Assembly (NCBI GenBank): GCA_963817895.1
Contig: CAWFQB010000004.1
Coordinates: 832,001 to 896,000, forward strand
DNA from: an uncultured Chthonomonadaceae bacterium
GTDB lineage: Bacteria; Armatimonadota; Chthonomonadetes; Chthonomonadales; Chthonomonadaceae
Length of the DNA: 64,000 bases
Direction: 5' to 3'
The translations under genes and the position numbers were made by a program. Of this stretch, positions 53,254-64,000 are shown piece by piece (the stretch's first letter is position 1; every line of letters begins with the position of its first letter). Below the pieces are notes generated by a model. The model was not told where the DNA came from, ran no database searches, and saw only the letters and a list, made by a program, of their open reading frames with translations.

Positions 53254-55073
53254 AATCATAGATGAGAAACGTCGTCGTTTGCGCAGTCGGCTGCATTTGA
53301 CGCAGGCAGGCGACAAGCGACTGCTTGGAATCATTGTAACCGCCGTAAACCTGCGTTGCGCTTGCCGCCAGGTACTTTCCCCGTAAAGTGGCTTGTACTT
53401 CCTGTACGTCGCGCGCCGTTAATGCCTCATGCGGTATGTCCGTGAAAATTGTATGCGCCGGATCGTAACCGAAATACCACAAACACAACGGTTTGTCAGT
53501 ATGCGCCCCCTGCCACTGCCGCAATTCCAACAATCCCTGTCCCCAATCGTAGTTTGAATCGCTGACAAGCAGATACCCCTTACGCGGATCGCCCCACAAA
53601 CCATTGGTATACGCCAATCCATTCGGCCACCATTGAACAGCCGCAAAGGTTGTCCATACAAGCCCCAAACATGCGACTAATAACGGCAACCGCTCTCGTA
53701 CACGCTGAAATAGTGTAGTTTTCCATGCGTGGTCTGCACCTTGCGCTTGCCGCATCTGGCTCCCCTCTCTTAGCGCGTTGCGCGGCAAGGAGAGGGATTG
53801 GGGGTGAGGTTCCTCCTCTTCCCTTGCCGCGCAGACAGCCGACGCCGACAACCCCACAATGCCCATGCAAATTGCCGGAAACAGAAAACGAACGCCGATT
53901 TGCACATGATAGGTAATACTGAGCGCAAACTGAATCAGGGCGCACAGACACGCCCAATTGAGCAGGTAGCGGCGGCGACAAACAGCAATCACAACAGGCA
54001 GCAACAGCAGGGGCAGGGACAATTTAACCGTCAGCAGTATCGGAAAGTACCACCACACATAATGCGGCCCGGAGTGTCCGAGCAGATACCAGCCCTGCCC
54101 GTGACTGTTATGCTGAATTTGCCGAACAACGCCGTCCGCCGCGTTCGCATATAATCGAAGGTGATCCGCCAGCCAGACGAAAACCGTTCTTTTAGCCCCT
54201 GTCGACAAAGAATGGGCGCGGCGAACCAGTCCCGCGTAAGGCAGCCAATCCGTGCCGCAATAAACAAACACAAGCAACGTCCCCACACCAACAATCCAAC
54301 TCATGTCTTTCCACAAAGTTGGGTGTTCGGTGTTGGAATTGTCGATTGCCGATTGAGGATTTTCGATTGAGGATTGAGTTCTCTCCTTTTCTCCTTTTCT
54401 CCTCTTCTCCTCTTCTTCCTCCTTTTCCTTTTTCCCTTTTCCCTTTTCCCTGTACTGGATTGCCAGCATACACAAAATGCCGAAGACGAGGCCGGAAGCT
54501 TTACACAAGACCAGCGCGGCGAACCAGAGGGTAGGTAAGGCGACCCGCCGCTTCCAATCCTTGCCGCGCCCGTCCTGAAAATGGTAGCAAAAGGCGAGCA
54601 GGCAGGCGGATACGGAAATATCGGTAGTGGCAAGCGTGGCGTGGGCAAGCAGATTGGGTTCGCAGGCAATCAGGCCGACCGCAAGCCGCCCCGCCCATGC
54701 GCCGCCCAATTTACGCCCGATGAGACGGGCATAAATCAGCAGCAGCCACCAGAAAACAAGGGTTCCCATTCGCGCCCAATGCAGCGGCGTCGCCAGATCG
54801 GTAAACGGATCGAACCGCGTATGGCTGAAGCGTTCCCATAAAAACAGCGGTAGCGTTTCCACATCAACGGGCAGGGGCATGGTTCCCAAAAGCAGACAGA
54901 CCCTGATGGCTAAAATCTCGCCAGCAATGCAGCCCCCGCTCCACATAAATCCACTCGTCAACAGTTCCGCTCAGATGCCGCGAAGCCGTCAGACACCAGA
55001 CGGTCGAAAAAAGGCCCCATGCGAAAAACCATAGCCAATCGCCCGTATTTTTGTATCTTTGCGTGATTTGCAT
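53234..55073 (-). CDS. GT39/ArnT-like GT-C glycosyltransferase (apparent frameshift near 54895)
   Basis: TVDEWIY, EPNLLAHATLATTD, WWYFP, QIGVRFLFP, SDSNYDWGQGL. Confidence 0.8.
53761..53810 (-). repeat. CCTCACCCCCAATCCCTCTCC...GAGAGGGGA palindrome inserted in frame
   Basis: Encodes PHPQSLSLPRNALREG inside the GT39 protein. Confidence 0.75.
54318..54451 (-). repeat. composite in-frame tandem-repeat insertion
   Basis: (AGGGAAA)n, (AGGAGAAA)n, (AATCnnn)n and (AACACCn)n run back to back. Confidence 0.85.
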
Positions 55074-55512
55074 AATTGCGTATGAAGAAGGAATTGTTTA
55101 TACGAATGGAACACACCCTGAAAGCAAAGCGAACTATCTGCACTGTAATTCGCCACAGGGCAACGAAGTCCCTGCTGTGACAAAAATGAAGAATCCAGTG
55201 TCAGTAAATATGGGGAAGCCTCTTCAAACATCCATTACAGGCGATTATATGCTGGGATGGAAGCGTGTCAGGCAGTAAAAATCGCAAGTCTTGATTTTTG
55301 TGCGGCGTTGTGATAATATGAGGAGGAATTCCGCTCCCCTTTGGTGAACTATTGCATTATCATGCAAAAACGCGGCGTACCCCCTTGCCGTGACCTGAAC
55401 ACGAATAACATATAACCGTCGAAACGAAGAACAAAGACGTTCCGCTTCGCTCTGCGTTCGCTCGTTGCCCCGGAACCTTTGTAGAAATTATCCCCGGAAA
55501 GGGAAGTCGTCC

Positions 55513-58500
55513 ATGCCTTCTGGCAAGAGTTTTTATGCGCGTGTGTCTGCGAGTGTCCTTGTTGCCTCACGTCGCCTGCTTCTGCTGACCCTGTTGGTTA
55601 TGACTGTTTTCATCGTCAGCGGCGGGCGCGGAAGTTGTGCCGACGTACCCCCAAAGTTTCAGGAGGCGTATAAAAAGTTCAGCAGTCAGGTTTCCACCGC
55701 CAATTTGCGGTCTACGGTCAACGCGCTGTCCGGTTTCGGCTCCCGCATTGCCGGCTATCCCGGCGACAAACAGCGGCGGATTACGTTTCGCAGCAGTTGC
55801 AATCCCTCGGCCTGCAAAACTTCCAGACGGATACCTTCGCCGTCACCGTTCCTTACGACCTCAGCGTAGACAATCCGGCAGAGGGCGCATTTGCCCAAAT
55901 CGTGGAGGGAACAGGAACACCCAACACCCAACACCCAACACCCGACACCCCTCTCCGCATGTACCCGCTCTGGCCGAACCTTGTCCGCACTCCGACCCTG
56001 CCCGCCAATGGCCTGACAACCAAACTCATCTATGTCGGTGACGGCAAACTGCACAACTTCAACGGCAAGGATGTGGATGGCAGCGTTGTGATGGTGGATT
56101 TCAACTGCGCGGGGGAGTGGCTGAACGCGCCGCGATTGGGCGCGCGGGCCGTGATCTTTGTCGCGCCCAACAGCACCATGCGCGGCGAAGCGGAAGCCAA
56201 GTTCGTTTCGATCCCCATTGCAATACCCCGATTTTACATGACCAAGCAGGATGCCGCGCCTCTGCTTGCCGCCTGCGCGAGTGGTCAGCCCCCAACCGTG
56301 CGCCTGACCTGCAACATGCCGTGGAAAACGCGCTCCGCCCGCAACTTTGTGGGCGTGATACCCGGAACCGACCCCAAACTCAAAGACCAGATCATTGTCG
56401 TGCAGTCGTATTACGACTCGACAAGCGTTGTGCCGGCTCTGGCTCCCGGCGCGGATACGACGTGCGGGTTTGCCGCGATGTGCGAGATGATCCGCGCCTT
56501 CAAAGCCAATCCGCCCGCCCGCACCATGATGTTCGTGGCGACAAGCGCGCACTTTCAGGGACTTGCAGGGCATACGCGAGTACGTGGAAAAGCATATTGA
56601 CTCGTGGATGCCGTCCAGTTTCTTCAACCGCAAGGCCGAAACACCCCCGACCATTTACCTGTGGGCCGGGTTGGACATGACCAGCCAGACTCGCAGTTTC
56701 GGCATCTTTTATAAAGGATGGTTTTACGATTACCGCGAGGATATTCAGGGCCGGTTCAGCGACATTGCCCGCGTGTGTCGCGAAAACGCCGAAAAAGTGG
56801 GAACCACGCTCGGCTTCGATTCCAAACGCTATTTCAACGACGGCGTAAATCCGGTTGACGGCAAGAACTGGCGCAACTTCATTCCCGGCAAGCCCGCGTT
56901 CGACTCGGAAGCCGTCACGATGGCGGGCGGAAACGGCGTGACGTTTGCCAGCACGGATGACAGCCGCGCCCTTGTGGATACGCCCTTTGATACCGTAGAT
57001 AAAGTCAATATCGCCAATCTCGCGCAGCAGTGCCGTTTGCTCAACTGCTTGATGTGGCACATCGTCACGGATACGAACGCGCAGGGCGACATCAACGCGC
57101 AGCGGATGCCCATTACCGACCCATCCAAATGGTCGCGCATGGCGCTTCAGGGCGGTTTCGCCACCTTGCAAGGCCGCGTTCAGATGTTCAACCCCAAGAA
57201 ATCGTTCGTTGCCAACGCCGATCCAAAACTCGCCAACAGCCTTGTCGTCGTGCGTAACCGCAACAAGTCGTTTATGGGCGTTCGGGGCAACATGGTGCAG
57301 CGAACCCAATGGACGCTGCCCGACAGAATCGATTCCATACCACTCAACCCGGACGGTATGCCGTCCCGTACCAATGCGGACGGCGACGCGCTGGATCAGA
57401 AACAACAACCCGGTTCCCCCTTCCAACTTCTTCGCGTTTCACGGCGTCGCGCCCCTGACCGCTTACGGACAGAACAAGCCTGCCCGCTTAGGCGCGTACC
57501 ATCTGGATGACCGCGACAATATTCCCGACCAGACCGACCCGACCGGCAAGAAAACGCTCGTCAACAATCTGCGCGGCGAGATAGATTACGCGCCCGATTT
57601 AGGGACGCAGGGCGCGAAGTACATTCCGCTCGACGTGATGGTGACGACGGCTACCAAAGAAACGCCCGTTATCGTGTTCCGCTGCGTCCCGACCGCCATT
57701 TATGACCTTGTGGATCAGCAGTCGCTCCGCGCCCTGACTTCGGTTGACGTGTACGATGGCGAAAGCAACGGCGAACCGCGCATGTTCGGTTTTGCCATTG
57801 ACCCGCAGGACCCTTCGCTTGTCGGTTCGTATGTGGAAGACGTTGCCGTGCTGTTTTCGCAACCCGGCAGCCGCCTGAAAATCGCCATGAGCAGCGGACC
57901 GGGCGCGATACGCCTGCTCCTCGTCAACTCGCAGTACGACCCGTCCGACCCGTTCAACAAGCAGGGCAAATCGCCCAACCCGGATGGCATCGGCTACCTT
58001 GTCGCGGGCAACCCCAAAGACCAGCAGAACGCCGACCTGCTCGGCACGTCCGGCGATTTGAAGTACAACGAGGCGCAGGAGATTGCCCGTTCCGGCGCGA
58101 TTTACGATACGGCTCTGCACGTCGCCGAAGACATGTGGAAACTGGACGACGCCCGGATGCAGCGGCTGGCGAAGTACAAAATTCTGAACATGAACGGCAA
58201 GGAGGGCATCTCCGACCTGCACCGCAGCGCGATGAAGGCGATTGAGAACTCCTACAAAGCGCGTGACGCCAAAGATTGGGAACGCTTCGATTCCGAGTCC
58301 CGCGCCGCATGGGGCTACGAATCCCGCGCCTACCCGGACGTGCAGACAATGGCGCTGGATGTGGTCAAAGGCGTTATCTTCTACCTTGCCCTGCTGTTGC
58401 CGTTCGCGTATTTTATGGAACGCCTGCTGTTCGGCTTCTTCGACCTGAAGCGTCAATTAGGGGCTGCGTCGCTGATCTTTATCTTCATCTTCCTTGTGTT

Positions 58501-60443
58501 TTCGCAGATACACCCCGCGTTCGACATTCTGCAAAGCAGTCCGATGATCGTGCTGCTGGCCTTCATCATGCTGTCGCTGTCGTGCATCGTTATCGGCCTG
58601 ATTTCCGGTAAGTTTGAAGAGCAGTTGAAGCAGATGAACCAGAGTTCGGGCGGCGTTCACAAGGCCGACATCGGGCGCGTGTCCGTTGCGGTTGCGGCCT
58701 TTAACTTAGGCATCTCCAACATGCGGCGGCGCAAAGCCCGCACGTTCCTGACCTGCGCCACGCTCGTGCTGCTGACGTTCACAGTTCTGTCGTTTACGTC
58801 CGTCGTGCAATCGCTGCGCTTCAATCAGGTTCCCGCGCCCTCCGATCACGGCCCGCGCTACAACGGCATTATGATTCGCACCGCGCTGTGGGACCCCTTG
58901 CAGGAACCCGCGTACCGCCTGCTTGCCGACGAGTACGGACGCGACCACGCGGTTGCGCCCCGCGCATGGTTCTTCGGAACGCAAATGGGCGAGCAGTCGT
59001 TCCTCAACCTGAAACGCGCCGACAAATCCTACGACGCCAAAGCCCTGTGCGGCCTGTCCCCGGAAGAGGTGAAACTGACCCATCCCCAGGACGCGCTCGA
59101 ACCCGGCGGACGCTGGTTTATGCCCGGTGACACCTATGTTGTGATTCTCCCCGATACGATTGCCTCCGTCCTGCGCGTGGACAACAAGGACGTTGGCACG
59201 GCGAAAGTGACGTACAGCGGCGTGGAATACACGGTCATCGGGATTCTCAACTCGCAGAAACTCAAAGACCTTGCCGACCTTGACAATGAAATCATCACGC
59301 CCGTTGATTTCATCGCCATGAACAAGCAGAACCGGGGCGGCGGGGGCGGCGACACGGGTTTCAAAGAGTACACGCATCTGGAACCGGATCAGGTATTCTT
59401 TGTGCCGTACCAGACAGCGACAAATCTTGGCGGCGAACTGCGCTCCATCGCCATTGACTTCGGCAACCCAAAATCGGTATTGGAAGACCTGAAGCCCCTG
59501 ATGCACCGGCTTGGCCTGAACCTGTACGCGGGGCAGATTATCCAACCCGGAAATAGACGGGCCGACGCGGGGGCACATTGACCGCTTCTCGTCCATTGCG
59601 GCCACCAACTCGCACGGCATGGAACTGGTTTTCTTCCCGATTCTGATTGCCAGTATGATCGTTCTCAATACGATGCTCGGCTCCGTGTTCGAGCGCGTCA
59701 AGGAAATTCATATTTTCTCGTCCATCGGACTGGCCCCTTCGCACATCGGGATGTTGTTCATTGCCGAAGCGCTTGTGTATGCCATTCTCGGCTCCGTGCT
59801 TGGCTATCTGCTCGGCCAGTTCACCAGTAAAGTTCTCGTGTTCTTCGGCTGGCTGCCCGACCTGTACCTGAACTTTTCCAGCACGAGCGCGGTTATGACG
59901 ACGCTGATTGTGGTTGCGGTCGTGCTGTTGTCCACGCTTTACCCCGCCCGCAAAGCGGCGGAAGTGGCCTCTCCGACTTCGGACCGAACCTGGAAAGTGC
60001 CGGAACCGGACGGCGACCACTGGAAAGTTCCCCTGCCGTTCGCGGTTACAGGCGATCAGGCGGCGGGCATGAACAGCTTTTTGGGCGAGTGGTTCCGCGC
60101 CTATGAGGAATACAGCATCGGCGACTTTGTGACGCAGGGCGTTGTCAGTGAAACGTTCGACGCCGAGTACGGCATGGGATACCGCATCAAGAGCATGGCG
60201 TGGCTGGCTCCGTTCGATTTAGGCGTATCTCAGCGCGTGGCGATTGAAACTCTGCCCACGCCAACGACCGACGTATACGAAATTTTCCTGCTCATAGACC
60301 GCGAATCCGGCGACATCACCAATTGGAAGCGCGTCAACCGCCGCTTCTTGAACACCCTGCGCAAGCAGTTCCTGATCTGGCGCACACTAAAGCAATCCGA
60401 CCGTGACCGCTACGTTCATCAGGAAGAGACGACAGTGGCTTAA
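55513..60443 (+). CDS. giant PA/M28-like + FtsX/MacB-type permease (about 4 apparent frameshifts near 55770, 56570, 57420, 59560)
   Basis: Signal peptide, M28-like fold (QSYYDS, APGAD, TSAHFQGL), SNMRRRKARTFLT, VLNTMLGSVFERVKEIHIFSSIGLAP, YPARKAA. Confidence 0.78.
55916..55950 (+). repeat. (AACACCC)n heptamer in frame
   Basis: gaacacccaacacccaacacccaacacccgacaccc encodes TPNTQHPTPDTP. Confidence 0.85.
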
Positions 60444-60460
60444 AGGCTGCAATCCAATAG

Positions 60461-60510
60461 GCCGGGTATTGAAAATACCCGGCAGGAAAGCGCAAACGTC
60501 CTAGGGACGC
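60461..60510. other. REP-like/terminator hairpins
   Basis: GCCGGGTATT-GAA-AATACCCGGC perfect stem plus a CGTCC/GGACG stem just after the permease stop. Confidence 0.5.
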
Positions 60511-60667
60511 GAATTCATGCTTATTGTGATAGGCTCTAAAAGGCCGCAACTCAATATTTCTCAGCAACCTACGCGCTGCTTCTCACGCCGCCTGCGTTGC
60601 GCAGGCCACTCAGAAGCGGACATCAACCCATAGTTTGATCGTGACGCGGGATGAGAAGGAGAACGAC

Positions 60668-61081
60668 ATGAACGATGGTGGAGGACTCATAGGAAGTTTG
60701 CTCGGTTTGGGCATCATTGGGGCGATACTTGCGGTTGTGTTGATAATTTTTGTGGGACTGGTCATTGTTTTCGGCCTCCCTCAGCATACCTGCGCTCAGA
60801 AGTTGGGCCATAGCAAACCCTGGATGGCTTTTCTGCCGATTGCGCATGTGGTTCAACTGTTTAATCTCGCGGATCTGTCCGGTTGGCTGGTACTGCTTGG
60901 CTTTGTACCCGTCATAGGATGGATAGCCATCGTGTTGCTTGCCATCTATTCATGGATGAAAATCGCGGAGAAAATAGGACATCCGGGTTGGCTGGCAATT
61001 CTGATGATAATACCAATACTTGGCATCGTCATTCCGTTCTATATCGCGTATGGCACTCCTACGGAAGCGCAGCGCTACTAA
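60668..61081 (+). CDS. DUF5684-like membrane protein
   Basis: KLG..PWMAFLPI, KIG.PGWLAILMIIP; 3-4 TMs. Confidence 0.7.
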   Translation: MNDGGGLIGSLLGLGIIGAILAVVLIIFVGLVIVFGLPQHTCAQKLGHSKPWMAFLPIAHVVQLFNLADLSGWLVLLGFVPVIGWIAIVLLAIYSWMKIAEKIGHPGWLAILMIIPILGIVIPFYIAYGTPTEAQRY

Positions 61082-61135
61082 AGAGCGTTTTTCGCAACGC
61101 TGTTCGTGTGTTGAAAACACCCGGAGCCGCAATAT

Positions 61136-62290
61136 ATGAGTATTCTGTCACGTTCCTTGCTAATGTTATTCCTGCTGCCACTGCCGGCTATATCTCACGC
61201 CGACAAAGCGGGCGACGCGCTGCTGCAAAAGTGCTTTGAGGCGACAACCAACGCTTCCACACTGGAGGCCGCGTTTACGCATCAGCATAAGGAAAAGGGG
61301 CAGATGCAAACTCAAACCGGAACATTGCTGCTGCAAAAGCCCAATCGGGCGCATATTGTCGTCAACAGCCGCAAGGGGCAGGGCAGTAACATCGTTATCA
61401 ACTCGGACGGCAGCAAGTTCACCACATACACGTATGCGGACAACGCTTTCGCGCAGGAACCGTCCGACCCGAGCGGCGGCAATGTCGCCCGCAACAACAT
61501 CAACGAAACGAAAATTTTCTTTTTTCCCGATTACCTGAACCGCCTGCGCTCCATGGCAACGGGGGCGCGTATTACCGGGGCCGTATCCGTCGGCAACACG
61601 ACCTGTAAAACGCTGGAAATTGCTGGCCTGCCGCAAAAACTGAAATTGTACGTGGGCAGTGACGGCATTATTCGGGGTATGTTGGTGGAAGGCGCGGATT
61701 TCCGCGATGAAACGCATCTGACGGACGTGAAAATCGGCGCAAGTTTAACGCAAACCGCCTTCAACTGGAAACCGCCCAAAGGCGCGAAAACAGTAGCGCA
61801 GGTCGCGGCCAGCGAAGCCGCGCAGGAACAGGCGGCGGCGCAGGGAAGGCAAGCCGTATCCCTCCTGCCTGTCGGCAAAACCGCGCCGGACTTTACGCTT
61901 CCTCTGGCAACGGGCGGCACGCTGACGCTTTCACAGGAACTGAAGAAGAACAAAGTAACCCTTGTCAACTTCTGGGCATTGTTTTGCGGGCCATGCCGCG
62001 AAGAGTTGCCCCACTTGAGCAAAATGGCGGCGCAGTACCACAGTCAGGGGTTCAATGTCGTATCCGTCAATACGGCGGGAGACACGCCACAGGCGATCAC
62101 CAAAATGTTCGGGGAAAAGCAGATCAATCTGCGCTCCCTCATAGACAAAGGCAGCGTATCGGGAAAGTACGGCATTCAGGCCATCCCGACCAACTACGTG
62201 CTGGACCCGAACGGCAAAATTTTAGCGACGTTTGAAGGTTTTGATGAGAACGGTATTCGGCAGGCGCTGGCAAAGGCCGGAATAAAGTAG
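61136..62290 (+). CDS. LolA-like (DUF2092) + TlpA thioredoxin fusion
   Basis: Signal peptide, LLLQKPNR...SDGSK...FNWKPP (LolA-like), APDFTL, NFWALFCGPCREELP, IPTNY. Confidence 0.8.
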   Translation: MSILSRSLLMLFLLPLPAISHADKAGDALLQKCFEATTNASTLEAAFTHQHKEKGQMQTQTGTLLLQKPNRAHIVVNSRKGQGSNIVINSDGSKFTTYTYADNAFAQEPSDPSGGNVARNNINETKIFFFPDYLNRLRSMATGARITGAVSVGNTTCKTLEIAGLPQKLKLYVGSDGIIRGMLVEGADFRDETHLTDVKIGASLTQTAFNWKPPKGAKTVAQVAASEAAQEQAAAQGRQAVSLLPVGKTAPDFTLPLATGGTLTLSQELKKNKVTLVNFWALFCGPCREELPHLSKMAAQYHSQGFNVVSVNTAGDTPQAITKMFGEKQINLRSLIDKGSVSGKYGIQAIPTNYVLDPNGKILATFEGFDENGIRQALAKAGIK

Positions 62291-62397
62291 GGAGTGGGGA
62301 GTGGGGAGTAGGGGAGCCTTGTTTGCGGATTGCGTTGTAGCAAAACCCGCAAAACTTTGTGTCAAGGCTACTCTCTACCCCCTACTTCCTACTCCCC
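62287..62397. repeat. GTRGGGA-heptamer imperfect hairpin starting at the TlpA stop
   Basis: gtaggga gtgggga gtgggga gtagggg agccttg ... caaggct actctct accccct acttcct actcccc. Confidence 0.8.
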
Positions 62398-62400
62398 GGA

Positions 62401-64000
62401 ATGGAGCAGGGAGTGGCGGAAGGAAGTGAGATTGCGCAAATACGCCAGCAGGTAGAAGCCGAAACCCGCGAGGAGGGCGATACCGGGCAGACGATGCAGT
62501 TCGAGGAGGGCTTCAGTGGCAAAACCGTCATTGGCGCGCTCTTCGTGGCGTTCATCATGTTGCCGGGCGCGTTGTACCTGGGACTGGTGGCGGGGCAGGG
62601 GCTTGGTCCCGCTGCGGAGTGGGTCACGATAGTTCTGTTTGCCGAAATCATGCGGCGGTCGTTTTTGCCGCTGAAACGGCAGGAAATCTATCTGCTCTAC
62701 TACATCGCGGCGGGCCTGACCGGGCTGGAAGCCAGCAAGGGTATTTCGGGCGGGCCGTTCGGCTCCCTGATCTGGAACCAATACTTTGTTACGTCGCCAC
62801 AGGCGGGGCTTGTCGCCAGAGACATCCCGCACTGGGTCGTTCCGCCTGCCACGTCTATCGCGCTACAGCAGCGCACGTTTCTGCACGGCGACTGGTTCTG
62901 GCCCATCATGCTTCTTCTTTTAGGAGAGGTATTGGGACGGTTGAACTGGATGAGTTCCGGTTACTTTTTGTTTCGCGTCACCTCCGACATTGAGAAACTT
63001 CCGTTTCCCATGGCCCCGGTTGCGGCTTCGGGCGCGACGGCCCTTGCGGAAGCGGCCAGTAAGGAAGAGTCGTGGCGCTGGCGCGTGTTCTCCATCGGCA
63101 GCGTTATCGGCCTGATCTTCGGCTTTTTCTACATTGCTATCCCCGTTTTTACGGGCGTCGTGTTCAACAAAGCCTTTACCCTGATTCCGATTCCGTTCTT
63201 CGATCTGACCACGAATACGGAGAGCATCCTTCCGGGCGCGGTTGTGGGCATATCTGGCGACTTGACCAAAGTGCTGACGGGCTTCATCATTCCGTACCAC
63301 ATCGTTCAGGGTTCGCTGATAGGTTCCATTCTGTGTAAAATCGTCCTCGCGCCGTTCCTGCAAAAAGCGGGCGCGTTCGGCACGTCCGAATCCAACGGCT
63401 GGACTCCGGGCATGGACGCCCTGTACACGCAGCAGGCCACCAATATTAAGTTCTGGTTGTCGGTCGGTATCGGCTTGCAGGTCGCCATTGCGATAATCGG
63501 CTTTTACAGCGTGTTCCAGTCCATCGGCGCGTTACGGCGCGAAGCGCGGGATCGGGGCCTGATGCTGAAAGTGCCAAAAGGACGCGGCGATGTGAAATTG
63601 GGTATTCCGCTCGTCATCTGGCTGTCCATCACGATTTTTTACATCGGACTGTGCAAGGTGATGCTCAACATACAGGGCGCGGCGCATCCGGGTGAAAACC
63701 ATAACTTCCCGCTGTGGATACTGATCTTCTATGGCCTGATTTGGTCGCCCGTGAACAGCTACGTATCGGCTCGTATGATCGGTCTGACGGGTTCGGGCGT
63801 GTCGTTCCCGTACCTCAAGGAAGTCTCGATTATGAAATCGGGCTACCAGTACGTGGACATATGGTACGTCCCAATTCCTCTCAACGATTACGGTGCGTTC
63901 GCGCAGCGTTTCCGCGAATTTGAACTGACGGGAACCAAGTTCGGCAGCATCGTCAAAGCTGAATTCTTGATGTTCTTCGTGATCACGGGAGCCAGTTTCG
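62401..64000 (+). CDS. OPT-like polytopic peptide transporter (partial, runs off window end)
   Basis: Manual translation: MEQGVAEG...FEEGFSGKTVIGALFVAFIMLPGALYLGLVAG...AAEWVTIVLFAEI...DIEKLPFPMAPV; no stop seen to the window end. Confidence 0.7.
   Translation, partial: MEQGVAEGSEIAQIRQQVEAETREEGDTGQTMQFEEGFSGKTVIGALFVAFIMLPGALYLGLVAGQGLGPAAEWVTIVLFAEIMRRSFLPLKRQEIYLLYYIAAGLTGLEASKGISGGPFGSLIWNQYFVTSPQAGLVARDIPHWVVPPATSIALQQRTFLHGDWFWPIMLLLLGEVLGRLNWMSSGYFLFRVTSDIEKLPFPMAPVAASGATALAEAASKEESWRWRVFSIGSVIGLIFGFFYIAIPVFTGVVFNKAFTLIPIPFFDLTTNTESILPGAVVGISGDLTKVLTGFIIPYHIVQGSLIGSILCKIVLAPFLQKAGAFGTSESNGWTPGMDALYTQQATNIKFWLSVGIGLQVAIAIIGFYSVFQSIGALRREARDRGLMLKVPKGRGDVKLGIPLVIWLSITIFYIGLCKVMLNIQGAAHPGENHNFPLWILIFYGLIWSPVNSYVSARMIGLTGSGVSFPYLKEVSIMKSGYQYVDIWYVPIPLNDYGAFAQRFREFELTGTKFGSIVKAEFLMFFVITGASF

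Noticed and set aside
55150..55270. c-di-GMP-I riboswitch (CACAGGGCAA start)
   Set aside because: Lacks the GCAAA...GNRA...GACGCAAAGC core and P3.

Overview
Chromosomal window from a high-GC bacterium. The 16S sequence style and gene content suggest Armatimonadota, by recognition only; no search was run. It holds a partial RloB/AAA-ATPase pair, housekeeping genes (deoB, recQ, queD, dapF, asnS, serC, secG, two tatA-like genes) and an F-type ATP synthase operon that lacks atpD/atpC here and is interrupted between atpA and atpG. It also holds a SEDS-PBP fusion with a ComEA-like HhH module, tRNA-Leu, a full rRNA operon (16S, tRNA-Ile, an atypical tRNA-CAT, tRNA-Ala, an internal promoter, 23S, 5S), glycosyltransferases, small TA/HNH modules, and a giant M28-like/FtsX permease followed by an OPT-like transporter. 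About 15 single-base frameshifts, including one in atpA, point to uncorrected long-read indels. The most striking unexplained signal is a family of hairpins built from tandem 7-8-mer repeats (TAGGGAG, TAGGGAT, TAGATAT, GGTAGATR, CCGAACA, AGGAGAAA). These form three intervening sequences in the 16S and 23S rRNA, start at or overlap stop codons of several genes, and sit in frame inside proteins.
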